From Candidatus Altimarinota bacterium (GTDB lineage Bacteria > Patescibacteriota > Gracilibacteria > UBA1369), in the NCBI GenBank assembly GCA_963677745.1, contig OY782391.1, forward strand, positions 1,152,001 through 1,216,000: a stretch of DNA of 64,000 bases, read 5' to 3'. The position numbers and the translations under genes are program-made. The notes under the pieces are model-generated. The model was not told the DNA's origin, did not search any database, and saw only the letters and a list, made by a program, of their open reading frames with translations. Below are positions 37,012 to 47,979 of this stretch, in pieces; position 1 is the stretch's first letter; every line of letters begins with the position of its first letter.

Positions 37012-37668
37012 TCAGGCCATCGATAATAATCCCATCAACTGGCTGAGCAGCTGTGATTCTAAAACACTTTCGCGGTTGTTTTCTGAAAAAGAGGAAAAGG
37101 TCTTCAGAGCCTCGCGCAATTGGGACTCTACCAGCAGTTTTTTTGCATTTTGCAGTGAAAACCCGCGGGTCTGCAGATAAAAAAGTTTTTCCTCATCCGG
37201 TTGGCCGGCCGAGGCAGCGTGGCCTGCCTTCACATCATTGGCGACAATTTCCAGACAGGGGATGGTGCGGGATTTGGCATCCGGGGAAAGTAACAGTGAG
37301 TCGCAGCGCAAAAAGGTCTCACTTTGCTGTGACTGTCCGGGCACTTTCAGGTTTCCCCTGAAATCCAGCGAACTGTGATCGTAAAGCAGGGCTTTGAAGA
37401 CAGCATTACAACGCGTGCGCGGGGCCAGATGATGTACTTCCAGATCCAGTTGCAGATGTTCCTGCAATTGACCAAAACAGACTATCAGAATTTCCAGGGA
37501 ACTTTCCGGTACGGTCAGATTTAACCGATGCTTTACCGGTGATGCGGACGGACGGTCATACAAAAGCAATAACCGGCCGCAATCCGGCCAGTCAATATCC
37601 ATGTTCAGGGAGGACTGGTTTACCAGACACTGTACTGCTCCTGATTTTAGGAATGTTTTTTCGAACAT
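37012..37668 (-). CDS. sufD: SufD-family Fe-S assembly protein (short)
   Basis: F.G...V, LLLS.DA....IP.LEI.ANDVKAGHAAS.GQ.DEE.LFYL.TRG. Confidence 0.85.
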   Translation of the reverse strand: MFEKTFLKSGAVQCLVNQSSLNMDIDWPDCGRLLLLYDRPSASPVKHRLNLTVPESSLEILIVCFGQLQEHLQLDLEVHHLAPRTRCNAVFKALLYDHSSLDFRGNLKVPGQSQQSETFLRCDSLLLSPDAKSRTIPCLEIVANDVKAGHAASAGQPDEEKLFYLQTRGFSLQNAKKLLVESQLREALKTFSSFSENNRESVLESQLLSQLMGLLSMA

Positions 37669-37676
37669 AGTATTAT

Positions 37677-39104
37677 TTATCCAACAGCACCTTCCATCTC
37701 CATCTGTACCAGACGGTTCATTTCCAAAGCATATTCCATGGGCAAAGTATTGACGATCGGGTCGATGAAACCGTTAACAATCATGGCCGCCGACTCGGCT
37801 TCTTTGAACCCTCTCGACATCAGATAAAACAATTGATCCTCCGAAATTTTACTGACAGTCGCTTCATGCGCCACCGCCGCGCTGCTCTCCTGTACGTCCA
37901 TGGTCGGATAGGTATTGGAACGGGAAAAATCATCCAGCAACAGCGCGTCACAAACGGTCCGGGATTTAACGCCGGTGGCGCCGGGCAAAACCCGCAGCAA
38001 ACCCCGATAAGTGGAACGTCCGCCATCCCTGGACAGGGATTTTGAAGTGACTGTGGAGCTGGTATCGGGCGCGGCGTGGATGATACGCGTGCCGGCGTCC
38101 TGATGCTGACCCTTGCCGGCAAAAGCCACCGACAGTACTTCAGCCCTGGCGCCGCGCCCGGCCAGAATCACTGCCGGATACTTCATGGTTGCCCGTGAGC
38201 CCAGGTTGCAGTCCAGCCAGAACATCGTGGCGTTTTCTTCGGCGCGCGCGCGTTTGGTTACCAGATTGTAAACATTATTCGACCAGTTTTGGATGGTCGA
38301 ATACTGCACGCGCGCGCCCTTTCTGCAAACTATCTCCACCACCGCCGAATGCAGTGAACTGGAGGAATAGGTCGGGGCGGTGCAGCCCTCCACATAATGC
38401 ACCGAACTGCCTTCGTCAGCGATGATCAGAGTTCTTTCAAACTGTCCCATGAATTCGGCATTGATGCGGAAATAGGCCTGCAGAGGCAATTCCACGTGAA
38501 CACCTTTTGGTATGTAAATAAAACTTCCGCCACTCCAGACCGCAGCGTTCAAAGCGGCAAATTTATTGTCACGCACCGAAACCACTTTACCAAAATATTC
38601 CCGGAACAAATCGGGATACTTTTGCAGCGCGGCATCTGTTCCTTCAAAAATTACGCCTTTTTTGGTCAGGGCTTCCTGCATGTTGTGATAAACCATTTCC
38701 GATTCAAATTGTGCTCCCACTCCTGCCAGATAAGCCCGCTCGGCCTGGGGTATTCCCAGCCGGTCAAAGGTTTTTTTGATTTCGGCAGGTACTTCTTCCC
38801 AGCTGCGCCGCGGCCTGTCCGAAGGCTTCAGATAATAATGAATTTTATCAAAATCAATTCCGCTCAGGTCCGGTCCGAAAGACGGCAGGGGCAGTTCCCG
38901 AAAAATCTGCAAGGCTTTCAGACGGAGCGTAAGCATCCAGGCCGGCTCATTTTTTTGTCTGGAAATTTCCCGTACCAGTTCCTCCGAAAGTCCTCTGGCA
39001 GCCTTGAAGGCCGGTTTGGATTTGGTTTTGAAACCATATTTATAATCACTCAGCTGTCTGGCCAAATCACCGGTTTTTCCGTGTTTTTTGCCGCTGTTTT
39101 TCAT
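37677..39104 (-). CDS. sufB: Fe-S cluster assembly protein SufB
   Basis: [64 protein letters not shown]. Confidence 0.97.
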   Translation of the reverse strand: MKNSGKKHGKTGDLARQLSDYKYGFKTKSKPAFKAARGLSEELVREISRQKNEPAWMLTLRLKALQIFRELPLPSFGPDLSGIDFDKIHYYLKPSDRPRRSWEEVPAEIKKTFDRLGIPQAERAYLAGVGAQFESEMVYHNMQEALTKKGVIFEGTDAALQKYPDLFREYFGKVVSVRDNKFAALNAAVWSGGSFIYIPKGVHVELPLQAYFRINAEFMGQFERTLIIADEGSSVHYVEGCTAPTYSSSSLHSAVVEIVCRKGARVQYSTIQNWSNNVYNLVTKRARAEENATMFWLDCNLGSRATMKYPAVILAGRGARAEVLSVAFAGKGQHQDAGTRIIHAAPDTSSTVTSKSLSRDGGRSTYRGLLRVLPGATGVKSRTVCDALLLDDFSRSNTYPTMDVQESSAAVAHEATVSKISEDQLFYLMSRGFKEAESAAMIVNGFIDPIVNTLPMEYALEMNRLVQMEMEGAVG

Positions 39105-39844
39105 TGTTTAAACTGTTGGTAGCCCTTTTTTTCCAGTTTCCTTACCAGTTCTTTTCCGCCGCTGGCCACAATCCGTCCGTCCATCATCACATGCACCCGG
39201 TCCGCCGTCAGATAATGCAGGAGCCGTTGATAATGTGTGATGACTATCAGTCCCATCCTGCTGGCTTTTTTGATTTTGGAGATGGCTTTAGCAGTATTTT
39301 TCAGGGAGTCGATATCCAGTCCGGAATCCACCTCATCCAGTATCGCCAGGTCCGGCTGTAAAACTGCCATTTGCGCGATTTCAGCCCGTTTTTTTTCTCC
39401 GCCGGAAAACCCTTCATTTACGCCGCGGCTGATAAAACTTTCCTCCAGGGCAACTGTCTTCAGTAACTTTTTGGCCACCGGAAAATATTCCGCCACACCG
39501 TATTGTTTTTCCTTTCCCTTTTTCATTCTCAGATTGGACGCTTGTCTCAAAAAATTGCCAAAAGTTATCCCGCCCACTTCACGGGGGTATTGAAAACCCA
39601 GAAAAATTCCCATTCTGGCTCTTTCGTCAGTGGACAATTTGGAAATGTCCTTGCCCTTAAATTTTATACTGCCACCGCTAATCACATAGCGGGGATGACC
39701 CAGCAGCGCATAACAGAGCGTGCTCTTGCCGGAGCCGTTGGGACCCATAATGGCATGGGTTTCACCGGCCTTAACTTCCAGACTGAAACCATCCAGAATT
39801 TTTTTGCCGTCCACTTTTACCTGTAAATTCTTGATCTTTAACAT
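39101..39844 (-). CDS. sufC: Fe-S cluster assembly ATPase SufC
   Basis: [45 protein letters not shown]. Confidence 0.96.
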   Translation of the reverse strand: MLKIKNLQVKVDGKKILDGFSLEVKAGETHAIMGPNGSGKSTLCYALLGHPRYVISGGSIKFKGKDISKLSTDERARMGIFLGFQYPREVGGITFGNFLRQASNLRMKKGKEKQYGVAEYFPVAKKLLKTVALEESFISRGVNEGFSGGEKKRAEIAQMAVLQPDLAILDEVDSGLDIDSLKNTAKAISKIKKASRMGLIVITHYQRLLHYLTADRVHVMMDGRIVASGGKELVRKLEKKGYQQFKQ

Positions 39845-39922
39845 GCCTTGATTATTAAACAGCTCTTAATAAAAAGCCACTTTTCATGATATAATAAATA
39901 GATTTTACCTAAGCGATTGTCA

Positions 39923-41482
39923 ATGGAAGGAAACGACCAGCCAAACAGGGAAAATGATTTGACGCAGGCCGAACAGGCCACACCGGCTCCCCGTGAACAG
40001 CAGCCAACGGGCGGACCGGAGAAAGTAAGCGTCAAAATTGAACGTGGAACGCACAAGGACGCCAAAGACCAGCAAAAGGACAATGTGGAATTATTGCGTG
40101 CACTCAACGGCATTAACGAACAAGACCGCCAGAAAAATATCGAACAGGCCCGCCAGTGGCAGAATCAGGGTAATTTGGATCTGATGCGGGCGGCCGGACT
40201 TTCACTGGAGGAATTGCAGAAAAATCCCCTGGAAAGACATATCCGTTTATGTTCGACCTTTTTGCATAGTGAAAAAAGCACTTCGGGACTGGTTTACCGG
40301 GTTGATTATTCGGGTGTTGAGATGGCGGCCTGGGATCTGGATCTGGCAGACATGTTGCCGCCCAATATACTTTCGGTAGATATTCTCAACGATAAAAACC
40401 AGATTATTTACAAAGGAGCCGTCCGCGGTTTTGACGATGGTCGTCCGGGTTATTTTGATCCTGTCACCAAACAGCGGGTGACTGTGCAGAATGAACAGAA
40501 AATCCGCATCAATGAAACTCAGTCGTCCCTGGCCATCAAAGACAGGGTTTTTGGAGAACAGACCAATCAGCATGCCGTCAAAGAAGAAATGTATTTGGTG
40601 GAGAACGCCCAGAAAACGGTAATCAAAGAAGAAGCAAAAAAACAGGCAGCCAGACAGAATTTGGATCTGCAGACAAACGATAAATCGTTTTTTGATGTAT
40701 TTCTGGCCAATATTACCCAAATTATCAACGGGGAAGGGGCTACCAAAGACGGCAATCCTCTCAAAATCGATTTTAGCGGCGACAAAATACAGACAGAATT
40801 AAAAAAATTGCTGGCCAGTTTTGGATTTTCCAAATTGTTGCCCGATCAAACAAAAACAACTACTCCTTCTGGTACAGGCAAATCACCGGAATCAGTACCG
40901 GAGCCGGCTACAAATCCGGGGTCAGGTCCTGCCAGGACACCTGCGGCCGCCGGACAAAAAAGAGAATCCATCGAAAGTCGCAACGCCCCCAGAATCAATC
41001 AGGAGTGGCTGCTTGCCAATGTCGGCCGCAATAACGCCGAAGTGCAGCGCTGGATGGTTCCGATAACTTTTATGGGCGCAAGAGTGCGCGTCAACAAATT
41101 GATGGCGGCTTATCTGTGTGAGGCGGAAGAACGAATGAGCGCTGCCGGAGTCAAATATGAGGTAAAACAAAATCAGATCAGTTGCCAGAACTGGCGTCCC
41201 ATCAGGGGAGGTACCAGTTTAAGCAATCATTCCTGGGGAACCGCCATTGACATTAACAGTATAGAAAACCCCTGGCAGCCCAATTTACGCGGTAATCCCG
41301 CCAATAAAAATCGCGTCATCACCACTATGCCTCCTGAATTTGTGGCAATCATGGAAGATGTGGGACTCAAGCAGTTGTGGTGGGATCCGATGCATTTTGA
41401 ACTGGTCGTAAATCCCTATAAAAACACCGGCGTACTACGCAGCGAGAAAGCCCGTCAACTGGCTGCCAACTATTTGGCCTGA
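39923..41482 (+). CDS. Large protein with C-terminal M15 (L-Ala-D-Glu/D-Ala-D-Ala type) metallopeptidase
   Basis: R..RGG.SLSNHSWGTAIDIN...NP and WDPMHFE; long unknown N-terminus without an evident signal peptide. Confidence 0.8.
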   Translation: MEGNDQPNRENDLTQAEQATPAPREQQPTGGPEKVSVKIERGTHKDAKDQQKDNVELLRALNGINEQDRQKNIEQARQWQNQGNLDLMRAAGLSLEELQKNPLERHIRLCSTFLHSEKSTSGLVYRVDYSGVEMAAWDLDLADMLPPNILSVDILNDKNQIIYKGAVRGFDDGRPGYFDPVTKQRVTVQNEQKIRINETQSSLAIKDRVFGEQTNQHAVKEEMYLVENAQKTVIKEEAKKQAARQNLDLQTNDKSFFDVFLANITQIINGEGATKDGNPLKIDFSGDKIQTELKKLLASFGFSKLLPDQTKTTTPSGTGKSPESVPEPATNPGSGPARTPAAAGQKRESIESRNAPRINQEWLLANVGRNNAEVQRWMVPITFMGARVRVNKLMAAYLCEAEERMSAAGVKYEVKQNQISCQNWRPIRGGTSLSNHSWGTAIDINSIENPWQPNLRGNPANKNRVITTMPPEFVAIMEDVGLKQLWWDPMHFELVVNPYKNTGVLRSEKARQLAANYLA

Positions 41483-41486
41483 AATA

Positions 41487-42113
41487 TCAATCCATTCTGA
41501 TTACAACCTCTTCCAGTGGAAATCTGACTTTTGCCGGCGCAGTCATCTTTCTGTAGCCGAGTGGAACAATCAGTGCCGGATGTAAATTGGCAGGTAGATC
41601 CAGGATTTTATGTATCTGTTCCGGTTCAAATCCTTCCATCGGACAGGAATCAATCCCTTTCTCGGCGGCCGCCAGGATCAGTGTTTCGGATGCGATATAA
41701 AGTTGTTTATTCAGCCAGGTGACAACTTCTTCCGGAGTTTGGTCTTCCTGCATTTCCGCGACCATTTTCCGATAAGATTCTTCCTGTTGAGGTAGCGTCT
41801 TCAAAATTTGTGTAAATTTCTTAATATGCCTTTCAATTACACCATTCTCTCCTTCCAGGTTGGAGTCTGCGCAGAATACTACCAGTACGGAGGCTTCAGC
41901 GATTTGGGGCTGATTATAACAGGCAGCCTGCAATTCTTTCTTGCTCTCGGCATTTTCCACAACCAGAAATTTCCAGGCCTGCAGTCCGCATGAACTGGGT
42001 GACATTCGCGTGGTATCCAACAAGTCATTTAAGTCGGATTCGCTGATTTTTTTGTCAGTATCAAAATGTTTGCAGGCAAACCTCCACTGCATAAGCTCTT
42101 TAATCGTTGCCAT
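41487..42113 (-). CDS. Nitroreductase family NAD(P)H oxidoreductase
   Basis: WRFACKHFD, SPSS.GLQ.W.F.VV, GIDSCPMEGF, LGYR. Confidence 0.93.
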   Translation of the reverse strand: MATIKELMQWRFACKHFDTDKKISESDLNDLLDTTRMSPSSCGLQAWKFLVVENAESKKELQAACYNQPQIAEASVLVVFCADSNLEGENGVIERHIKKFTQILKTLPQQEESYRKMVAEMQEDQTPEEVVTWLNKQLYIASETLILAAAEKGIDSCPMEGFEPEQIHKILDLPANLHPALIVPLGYRKMTAPAKVRFPLEEVVIRMD

Positions 42114-42132
42114 AAAATGCGGATTTGAGAGA

Positions 42133-44670
42133 TTAATAAGATTTCTTCTTGTTGATCAGTTCCAGGGCGGCCTCCGAAGTTAGACTTTCCACATTTTGTC
42201 CGCGCGGTATGGCGGCATTGGTTTTTCCGTCTGTCACGTAGGCACCGTAACGTCCGATTCTGGCCACAACGCCGTTTCCAAAATCCTTTACTGCGTTGGG
42301 CTTGCCTGCCTGGCCGGGATGGGACTTGCCATTGGTTTTATCGGGTGCGGTTGCCAGTATCTTCTGGGCATCGGCCAGTGTAATTCCCATTACATCCACT
42401 CCGTTGGGGACAGCCCGGTTTTTGCCGTTAACTTTAAGATAAGGGCCGTAGGGACCAACATCAAACATCACTTCATCGCCGTTTTTCATTTTTCCCAAAG
42501 ATTTGGGCCAGCTCAGAATTTCCCGGGCCTGATCCATGGTCAGCTTTTCTGCGTCCAGAAATTTAGGTACCGATTTCATCTTGAAAGCTTTGTCTCCTTT
42601 TTCTCCGATCTGCAGATAAGGTCCGAAACGTCCGACCTTCTTAACAATTTCCAGTCCAGTTTCTTTGTCTTTGCCAACCTCATCAACTTCTGGCGTGGAA
42701 TTGGCCAGAATTTCTTTGGCTTTTTCCTCTGTCAGTTCTGCCGGCACGGTATCGTCGGGCAGAGGGGCTCGTTCCGTGCCTCTTTCCAGATATGGTCCGA
42801 AGCGGCCGATTCTAACCTGAAAATCAACCTTCTTGCCTCCCGGTGCTATTTCAATTGTGCAAACTTCCCGGGCATCAATTTCCTGGCTGATAAGTTTTGT
42901 AAGCCCGGCATGTCCTTTGCTGCCGAAATAAAAATCATGCAGATAAGGTACGGATTTTTTCTCACCTTCGGCAATTTTATCCAGATCCGTTTCCATTTCC
43001 GCGGTAAAAGTATAGTCAACCAGATGGCTGAAATATTTTTCCATCATGTCGACCACTGCAAAAGCGATGAAAGTCGGTACAAGTGCCGATCCCTGCTTGA
43101 AAACATACTCACGGCGTACAATTGTATCCATGATGGCCGCATAAGTGGAAGGTCTGCCGATTCCACGCGCCTCCAAATCTTTGATCAGTGAAGCTTCCGT
43201 AAATCTGGCCACAGGCTTGGTCTGATGGCCTTTCACATCCACTTTATCCAGGTCGGCGCGTTCACCTTCTTTCATTTCCGGCAAAATCTTTTCCTGATTT
43301 TCCAGTTCTTCCTCCGGATCATCGGAACCCTGAACGTAAGCCTTTAAAAATCCTGCAAAAACTATCTGTTTGCCGGATGCGCCGAAAATATTTTTTCCGT
43401 CTGATACTTCCACCACCGTCGACATCATTTTTGCTTCCTTCATCTGGGAGGCGATGGTTCTTTTCCAGATCAGCTCATAGACGGCTGCTTCTTCATCGGT
43501 TAATTTGCCGGTCTTGGCCAGTTCTTCGGGCAGACGGAAAGTCTGACCGGCCGGACGGATCGCTTCGTGAGCTTCCTGCGCATTCTTGATTTTGGACGCA
43601 TATTGTTTCGCTTCCGGGGCAATATAATCTGCGCCGTATAATTTGGTGGCCAGATTTCTTGCCTCTTTGATTGCGGATTCGGCCAGCGTGGTGGAATCGG
43701 TTCTCATGTAGGTAATGAAACCGTTTTCATAAAGTTTCTGGGCGATCTGCATGGTTCTTTTGGCGGAATAGTGGAGCTTGCGTGCCGCTTCCTGCTGCAG
43801 GGTGGAGGTGGTGAATGGTGCCTCGGGATTACGCACAAAAGGCTTTTGCTCAATCGATGTGATCTTGAAATTGTTGTCCTGAAGATCCTTGGAAAGTTTG
43901 GCCGCTTCCGTTTCATCCAGCATCAATTTGTTTTTGCCCTTCAACTTTCCCGTTTCAGGATCAAAATCTTTTCCGTTGACCAGTTTTTTCCCTCCTACCG
44001 ATTTCAATTCCGCGGTAAATTTTTCTTTTCTTTCGGTTTTGAATTCGGCCAGCAGATCAAAATAATTGGCGGGCACAAACTTCAGTCTTTCTTTTTCCCG
44101 TTCCACCACCAGTCTGATCGCCACGGATTGGACGCGGCCGGCGGACAGTTTCGGGGCTATTTTCCTCCATAAAACGGGCGAGACTTCATAACCGTATAGT
44201 CTGTCCAGAATTCTGCGCGTTTCCTGGGCATGTACCAGATTGGTATCAAGATCGCGCGGATGTTTCAGTGCGCCTTCGATGGCCTCTTTGGTAATTTCAT
44301 GGAAAACCAGTCTTTTTACCGGAACTTTCGGTTTTAACACCTCCAGCAGATGCCAGGAAATACTCTCTCCTTCGCGGTCTTCATCAGTTGCCAGATAAAG
44401 AGAAGTGGCTGTTTTGATGGCATCTTTCAGTTTTGCCACCTGGCGTTTTTTGGCGTCGGGTATGACATAAAGCGGTTTAAAATCATGCTCGGTATCCACA
44501 CCCAGTCTGGCCCATTTTTCTTTCTTAAACTTCTCCGGAACTTCCTGCGCGTTGCCGGGCAGGTCTCTGATATGGCCGATCGAGGCTTCCACTCTGAAAT
44601 CTTTTCCCAGGAACTTCGAAATAGTCTTGGCCTTGGCAGGCGACTCCACAATTACTAAATTTTTTCCCAT
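42133..44670 (-). CDS. topA: DNA topoisomerase I
   Basis: LVIVESPAKAKTI, ATDEDREGE, SAGRVQS, ITYMRTDS, GIGRPSTYA; C-terminal GRFGPY repeats instead of Zn ribbons. Confidence 0.97.
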   Translation of the reverse strand: MGKNLVIVESPAKAKTISKFLGKDFRVEASIGHIRDLPGNAQEVPEKFKKEKWARLGVDTEHDFKPLYVIPDAKKRQVAKLKDAIKTATSLYLATDEDREGESISWHLLEVLKPKVPVKRLVFHEITKEAIEGALKHPRDLDTNLVHAQETRRILDRLYGYEVSPVLWRKIAPKLSAGRVQSVAIRLVVEREKERLKFVPANYFDLLAEFKTERKEKFTAELKSVGGKKLVNGKDFDPETGKLKGKNKLMLDETEAAKLSKDLQDNNFKITSIEQKPFVRNPEAPFTTSTLQQEAARKLHYSAKRTMQIAQKLYENGFITYMRTDSTTLAESAIKEARNLATKLYGADYIAPEAKQYASKIKNAQEAHEAIRPAGQTFRLPEELAKTGKLTDEEAAVYELIWKRTIASQMKEAKMMSTVVEVSDGKNIFGASGKQIVFAGFLKAYVQGSDDPEEELENQEKILPEMKEGERADLDKVDVKGHQTKPVARFTEASLIKDLEARGIGRPSTYAAIMDTIVRREYVFKQGSALVPTFIAFAVVDMMEKYFSHLVDYTFTAEMETDLDKIAEGEKKSVPYLHDFYFGSKGHAGLTKLISQEIDAREVCTIEIAPGGKKVDFQVRIGRFGPYLERGTERAPLPDDTVPAELTEEKAKEILANSTPEVDEVGKDKETGLEIVKKVGRFGPYLQIGEKGDKAFKMKSVPKFLDAEKLTMDQAREILSWPKSLGKMKNGDEVMFDVGPYGPYLKVNGKNRAVPNGVDVMGITLADAQKILATAPDKTNGKSHPGQAGKPNAVKDFGNGVVARIGRYGAYVTDGKTNAAIPRGQNVESLTSEAALELINKKKSY

Positions 44671-44753
44671 CTAAAATTATTAAGCTTAGGCTTTACATAT
44701 AATACTGATGGAACCTATTATGTCAAAAAAGTAATTAATTTTAAAAAAGCCCA

Positions 44754-46559
44754 ATGAAAAAAAAAGAGCAGGTCTCTCAATATTTTGATTCCAGAAAAAA
44801 AGTCCCGGCCCAACATCAATGGCGACTCGATACCATCTATAAAAATTTGGATGCCTGGCAAAAGCATTTTTCCCAGGTCGGCAAAATGATTGCTCCTTTG
44901 GGGCGCTATCAGGGCAAGCTTAAATCACAGCCGGTTATTCTGGAATTTTTCCAAAAATCTTCCGCTGTTCTCCGGCAAATTGAAAAACTATACGTCTATG
45001 CCAACCATCTGTCCTCGGTTGATCTTTCCGAACATCATGCGCAAATCATCACCCAGAAATCCCAGGATCTTTACAGCCGGTTTTCCCAGACAGTGTCTTT
45101 TCAGGGGCCTGAGCTTTCACGCTTACCTGACTCACTGCTCAAAAAAATGTCCGAGGAACAAAGATTTCATGAGTTTCACCGCGAACTTAAGTTAATTCTG
45201 GCCAAGAAAAAACATATCCTGGGGGAAGGGGAGGAAGCTTTGCTGTCAATGTTTTCCAGGATATTTTCCGGACCGGAGGATATTTTTAGCGCCCTCGACA
45301 GTATCGATTTGACCTTCGGAGAAGTGAAGGATGGCCAAGGCAAAAAACATCTTCTTACCTCGGGAAATTTCACCAAATTGCTGGAAAGTCAGGATCGCTC
45401 TTTCCGTGAAAAAGTTTTCAAAACTTTATATATCGCTTATCAGTCGCATGTCCACACCTATGCCCAGACACTCAATCTCTGTGTGAAACAACACTGTCTT
45501 TATGCCAAGGCCAAAAAATACCGCTCCGCCCTGGAGGCCTCGCTTTCTTCCAATCTGATCGATCCGAAGATTTACCGCAAACTGATTGCCGAGACTAACA
45601 ATTCGCTGCCGGTCCTCCATGATTATTTCAAATTCCGCGCCAAAAAACTGGGATTGCGCCGCCTCAATATGTGGGACCTGCGTGTCAACCTGACCGGCAG
45701 TTCGCCTTTGCGGTATACTTATGAGGAGGCGGTGGAAATTTGTCTGGCGGCCTTGAGGCCGCTGGGTGATGAATATGTGAAAGTCCTCCGAAAAGGTCTC
45801 CTGGGAGGCTGGGTGGACAAATATGAAAACAAAGGCAAACGCAGCGGCGCATTCTCGGGAGGCTGTTATGACTCATTGCCGTTTATTCTGATGAACTTCT
45901 CCGGCACCCTTAATGACGTTTATACTTTGATCCATGAAGCCGGCCATTCCATGCACGGTTGGTTGTCCCGGCGTCAGCAGCCCTATCCGCTGTCCGATTA
46001 TTCTTTGTTTGTGGCCGAAATTGCCTCCACGGTCAACGAACGTCTGCTGACCGATTATCTGATCAAGACCTACACCGGCAAAAAACGGGAAATAGTAATT
46101 GCCTATGAGCTGGATGCCATTCGCGCCACTTACTTCCGCCAGACCATGTTCTCCGAATTCGAATTGCTGATCCATGAGAAGGTGGAAAAAGACGAACCTC
46201 TGACTCTGCAGTTTTTCAATGAATCCTATGCCGCTCTGAATGCCCGTTATCACGGACCGTCGGTCGGAAAAGACCCCTTCATTCAGTATGAGTGGGCCCG
46301 TATTCCCCATTTCTACTATAACTTTTATGTTTACCAGTATGCCACCGGCATCGCTGCCGCCTTTTATTTTGCCGATCAGATCACTCACCTGAAAACCGGA
46401 AAAGCCGCGGCGGAAAGATATTTAAAGTTCCTGCAGTCGGGTGGAAATGATTTTCCGCTGTTACAGCTGAAACGTGCCGGATTGGATTTTAACAAGCCGG
46501 AACTTTATCGTGCAGTTGCCAAAAATCTCCGGAAGTGCTTAAATTTACTGGAAAATTAA
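44754..46559 (+). CDS. pepF: Oligoendopeptidase F (M3B)
   Basis: GKRSGAFS, HEAGHSMH, FVAEIAST.NE, RQT.F.EFE, WARIPHFY. Confidence 0.95.
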   Translation: MKKKEQVSQYFDSRKKVPAQHQWRLDTIYKNLDAWQKHFSQVGKMIAPLGRYQGKLKSQPVILEFFQKSSAVLRQIEKLYVYANHLSSVDLSEHHAQIITQKSQDLYSRFSQTVSFQGPELSRLPDSLLKKMSEEQRFHEFHRELKLILAKKKHILGEGEEALLSMFSRIFSGPEDIFSALDSIDLTFGEVKDGQGKKHLLTSGNFTKLLESQDRSFREKVFKTLYIAYQSHVHTYAQTLNLCVKQHCLYAKAKKYRSALEASLSSNLIDPKIYRKLIAETNNSLPVLHDYFKFRAKKLGLRRLNMWDLRVNLTGSSPLRYTYEEAVEICLAALRPLGDEYVKVLRKGLLGGWVDKYENKGKRSGAFSGGCYDSLPFILMNFSGTLNDVYTLIHEAGHSMHGWLSRRQQPYPLSDYSLFVAEIASTVNERLLTDYLIKTYTGKKREIVIAYELDAIRATYFRQTMFSEFELLIHEKVEKDEPLTLQFFNESYAALNARYHGPSVGKDPFIQYEWARIPHFYYNFYVYQYATGIAAAFYFADQITHLKTGKAAAERYLKFLQSGGNDFPLLQLKRAGLDFNKPELYRAVAKNLRKCLNLLEN

Positions 46560-46580
46560 ACAAGAAATTAATACCAAAAT

Positions 46581-47960
46581 ATGACTAAAAAAATCCCTTC
46601 TTTTATAATTGTTTCATTACTGTCTTGCTCTTTTGCGGGTTCCGCCTGGGCTACAGCCGAGCTGCCGCCTGCTCTTGAAACAACTACGGATTCCACTACT
46701 GCAACGTCTGAATCCACTCCGGAGTCAACCACCACGGAATCAACGGACACTCCTGTTCCCACCCTATATACCGTTTCCGACGAAACTCTGACCACGACAG
46801 AAGCCCCCACGACCGCTACCCCTACAGCCACCAAATCTTTTGAGGATTTTGCCGATGTGCCCGTGGATTATCCCGAATACACTCCGATTATTGTTCTGCG
46901 CTACCAGGGATTATTAAAGGGATATGAAGACAACACTTTTCATCCCGATCAGCCTCTCAACCGTGTGGAAGCCCTGAAGCTGGTTTTTGAAGCGGCAGCA
47001 ATCGAAATCAGCAACGGTGTAGCCCCCGCCAATTTTACCGATACCGAGGCTATGGCCTGGTATAGCGGTTATTTGAACAAGGCTCTTTTCCTGGAAGTAG
47101 TCAGTGGCTATCCCGACGGGTCTTTTCAGCCTTCCAAATCTGTCAACACCGTGGAATTTCTGAAGATGCTGTTACTTGCCCAAAAAGTCGATTTGTCCAA
47201 CACCAATCTCAATCAGATTCCTTACGCCGATGTCATGCCCGGCCAGTGGTATACCAAGTACGTGAATTACGCAAAAATCAACGACCTGCTGAAAACCGGT
47301 GAAGACAACAAAATTTATCCCGACGCGCCTTTAACCCGCGCCCGCGCCGCCGACATTATCTACCGTTTCCGCAACATGAAAGCCAAGCCAACTGGCACTT
47401 CCACCTCAAGCACAACTACCACCACCACCTCCGCCACTGTTATTCCGGTGAAGGATTTTGCCCTGTATGTCAGCTCCGCTTACAAAATAGCCTTCCAATA
47501 CCCGAAGACCTGGTATTACAGCGCATTCGTGGAAAAGCTGGATCCGACAGACATCGCCATTTATGGTTTTGGTCCAGAGGATCTTTCCACCAACCCTCCG
47601 CTGGTGAATCTGGAATTATTGCCGGATCTGGCCGATTTCCAGACCAATCTGGTTCACAACGGCTTTTCCTATCTGCGTGAGGAAGGGACTGATGACACGG
47701 TCAAACTGTCTGCCAAAATCAATGGCTCCTCCCGCATCTATCGCATTTCCGGCCCTCATGAGCAGGAAACCAATATGCTGACCATGCTGGAATCGTTGAC
47801 CGCCGACATCGAAGGTCTGGAGAGTTACAATCCTGCCGTTTCCGCAGCGACTACAACTGACACGACTACACCCGCCACAACTCCGGCGGCCACTGCCGAA
47901 ACAACCACTTCTGCTACAACCACCGAAGCCAGCGCCGAAAATGTCACTGTGCCGGAATAA
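46581..47960 (+). CDS. Secreted SLH-domain protein with Thr-rich linkers
   Basis: Signal ..SAWA; three SLH-like repeats (GYEDNTFHPD..NRVE, GYPDGSF, PDAPLTRA); poly-Thr tracts; FQYPKTW domain. Confidence 0.85.
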   Translation: MTKKIPSFIIVSLLSCSFAGSAWATAELPPALETTTDSTTATSESTPESTTTESTDTPVPTLYTVSDETLTTTEAPTTATPTATKSFEDFADVPVDYPEYTPIIVLRYQGLLKGYEDNTFHPDQPLNRVEALKLVFEAAAIEISNGVAPANFTDTEAMAWYSGYLNKALFLEVVSGYPDGSFQPSKSVNTVEFLKMLLLAQKVDLSNTNLNQIPYADVMPGQWYTKYVNYAKINDLLKTGEDNKIYPDAPLTRARAADIIYRFRNMKAKPTGTSTSSTTTTTTSATVIPVKDFALYVSSAYKIAFQYPKTWYYSAFVEKLDPTDIAIYGFGPEDLSTNPPLVNLELLPDLADFQTNLVHNGFSYLREEGTDDTVKLSAKINGSSRIYRISGPHEQETNMLTMLESLTADIEGLESYNPAVSAATTTDTTTPATTPAATAETTTSATTTEASAENVTVPE

Positions 47961-47979
47961 ATTATGTCCAGCCAGGAAG

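Noticed and set aside
42196-43191. Long antisense ORFs (also 51031..51972, 22083..22820, 38397..39122, 12695..13396, 62880..63581)
   Set aside because: Shadow frames opposite well-supported genes, with no motifs
46670-47950. ACN-rich repetitive DNA in the SLH gene
   Set aside because: Explained by Thr-rich protein linkers; not a DNA repeat array
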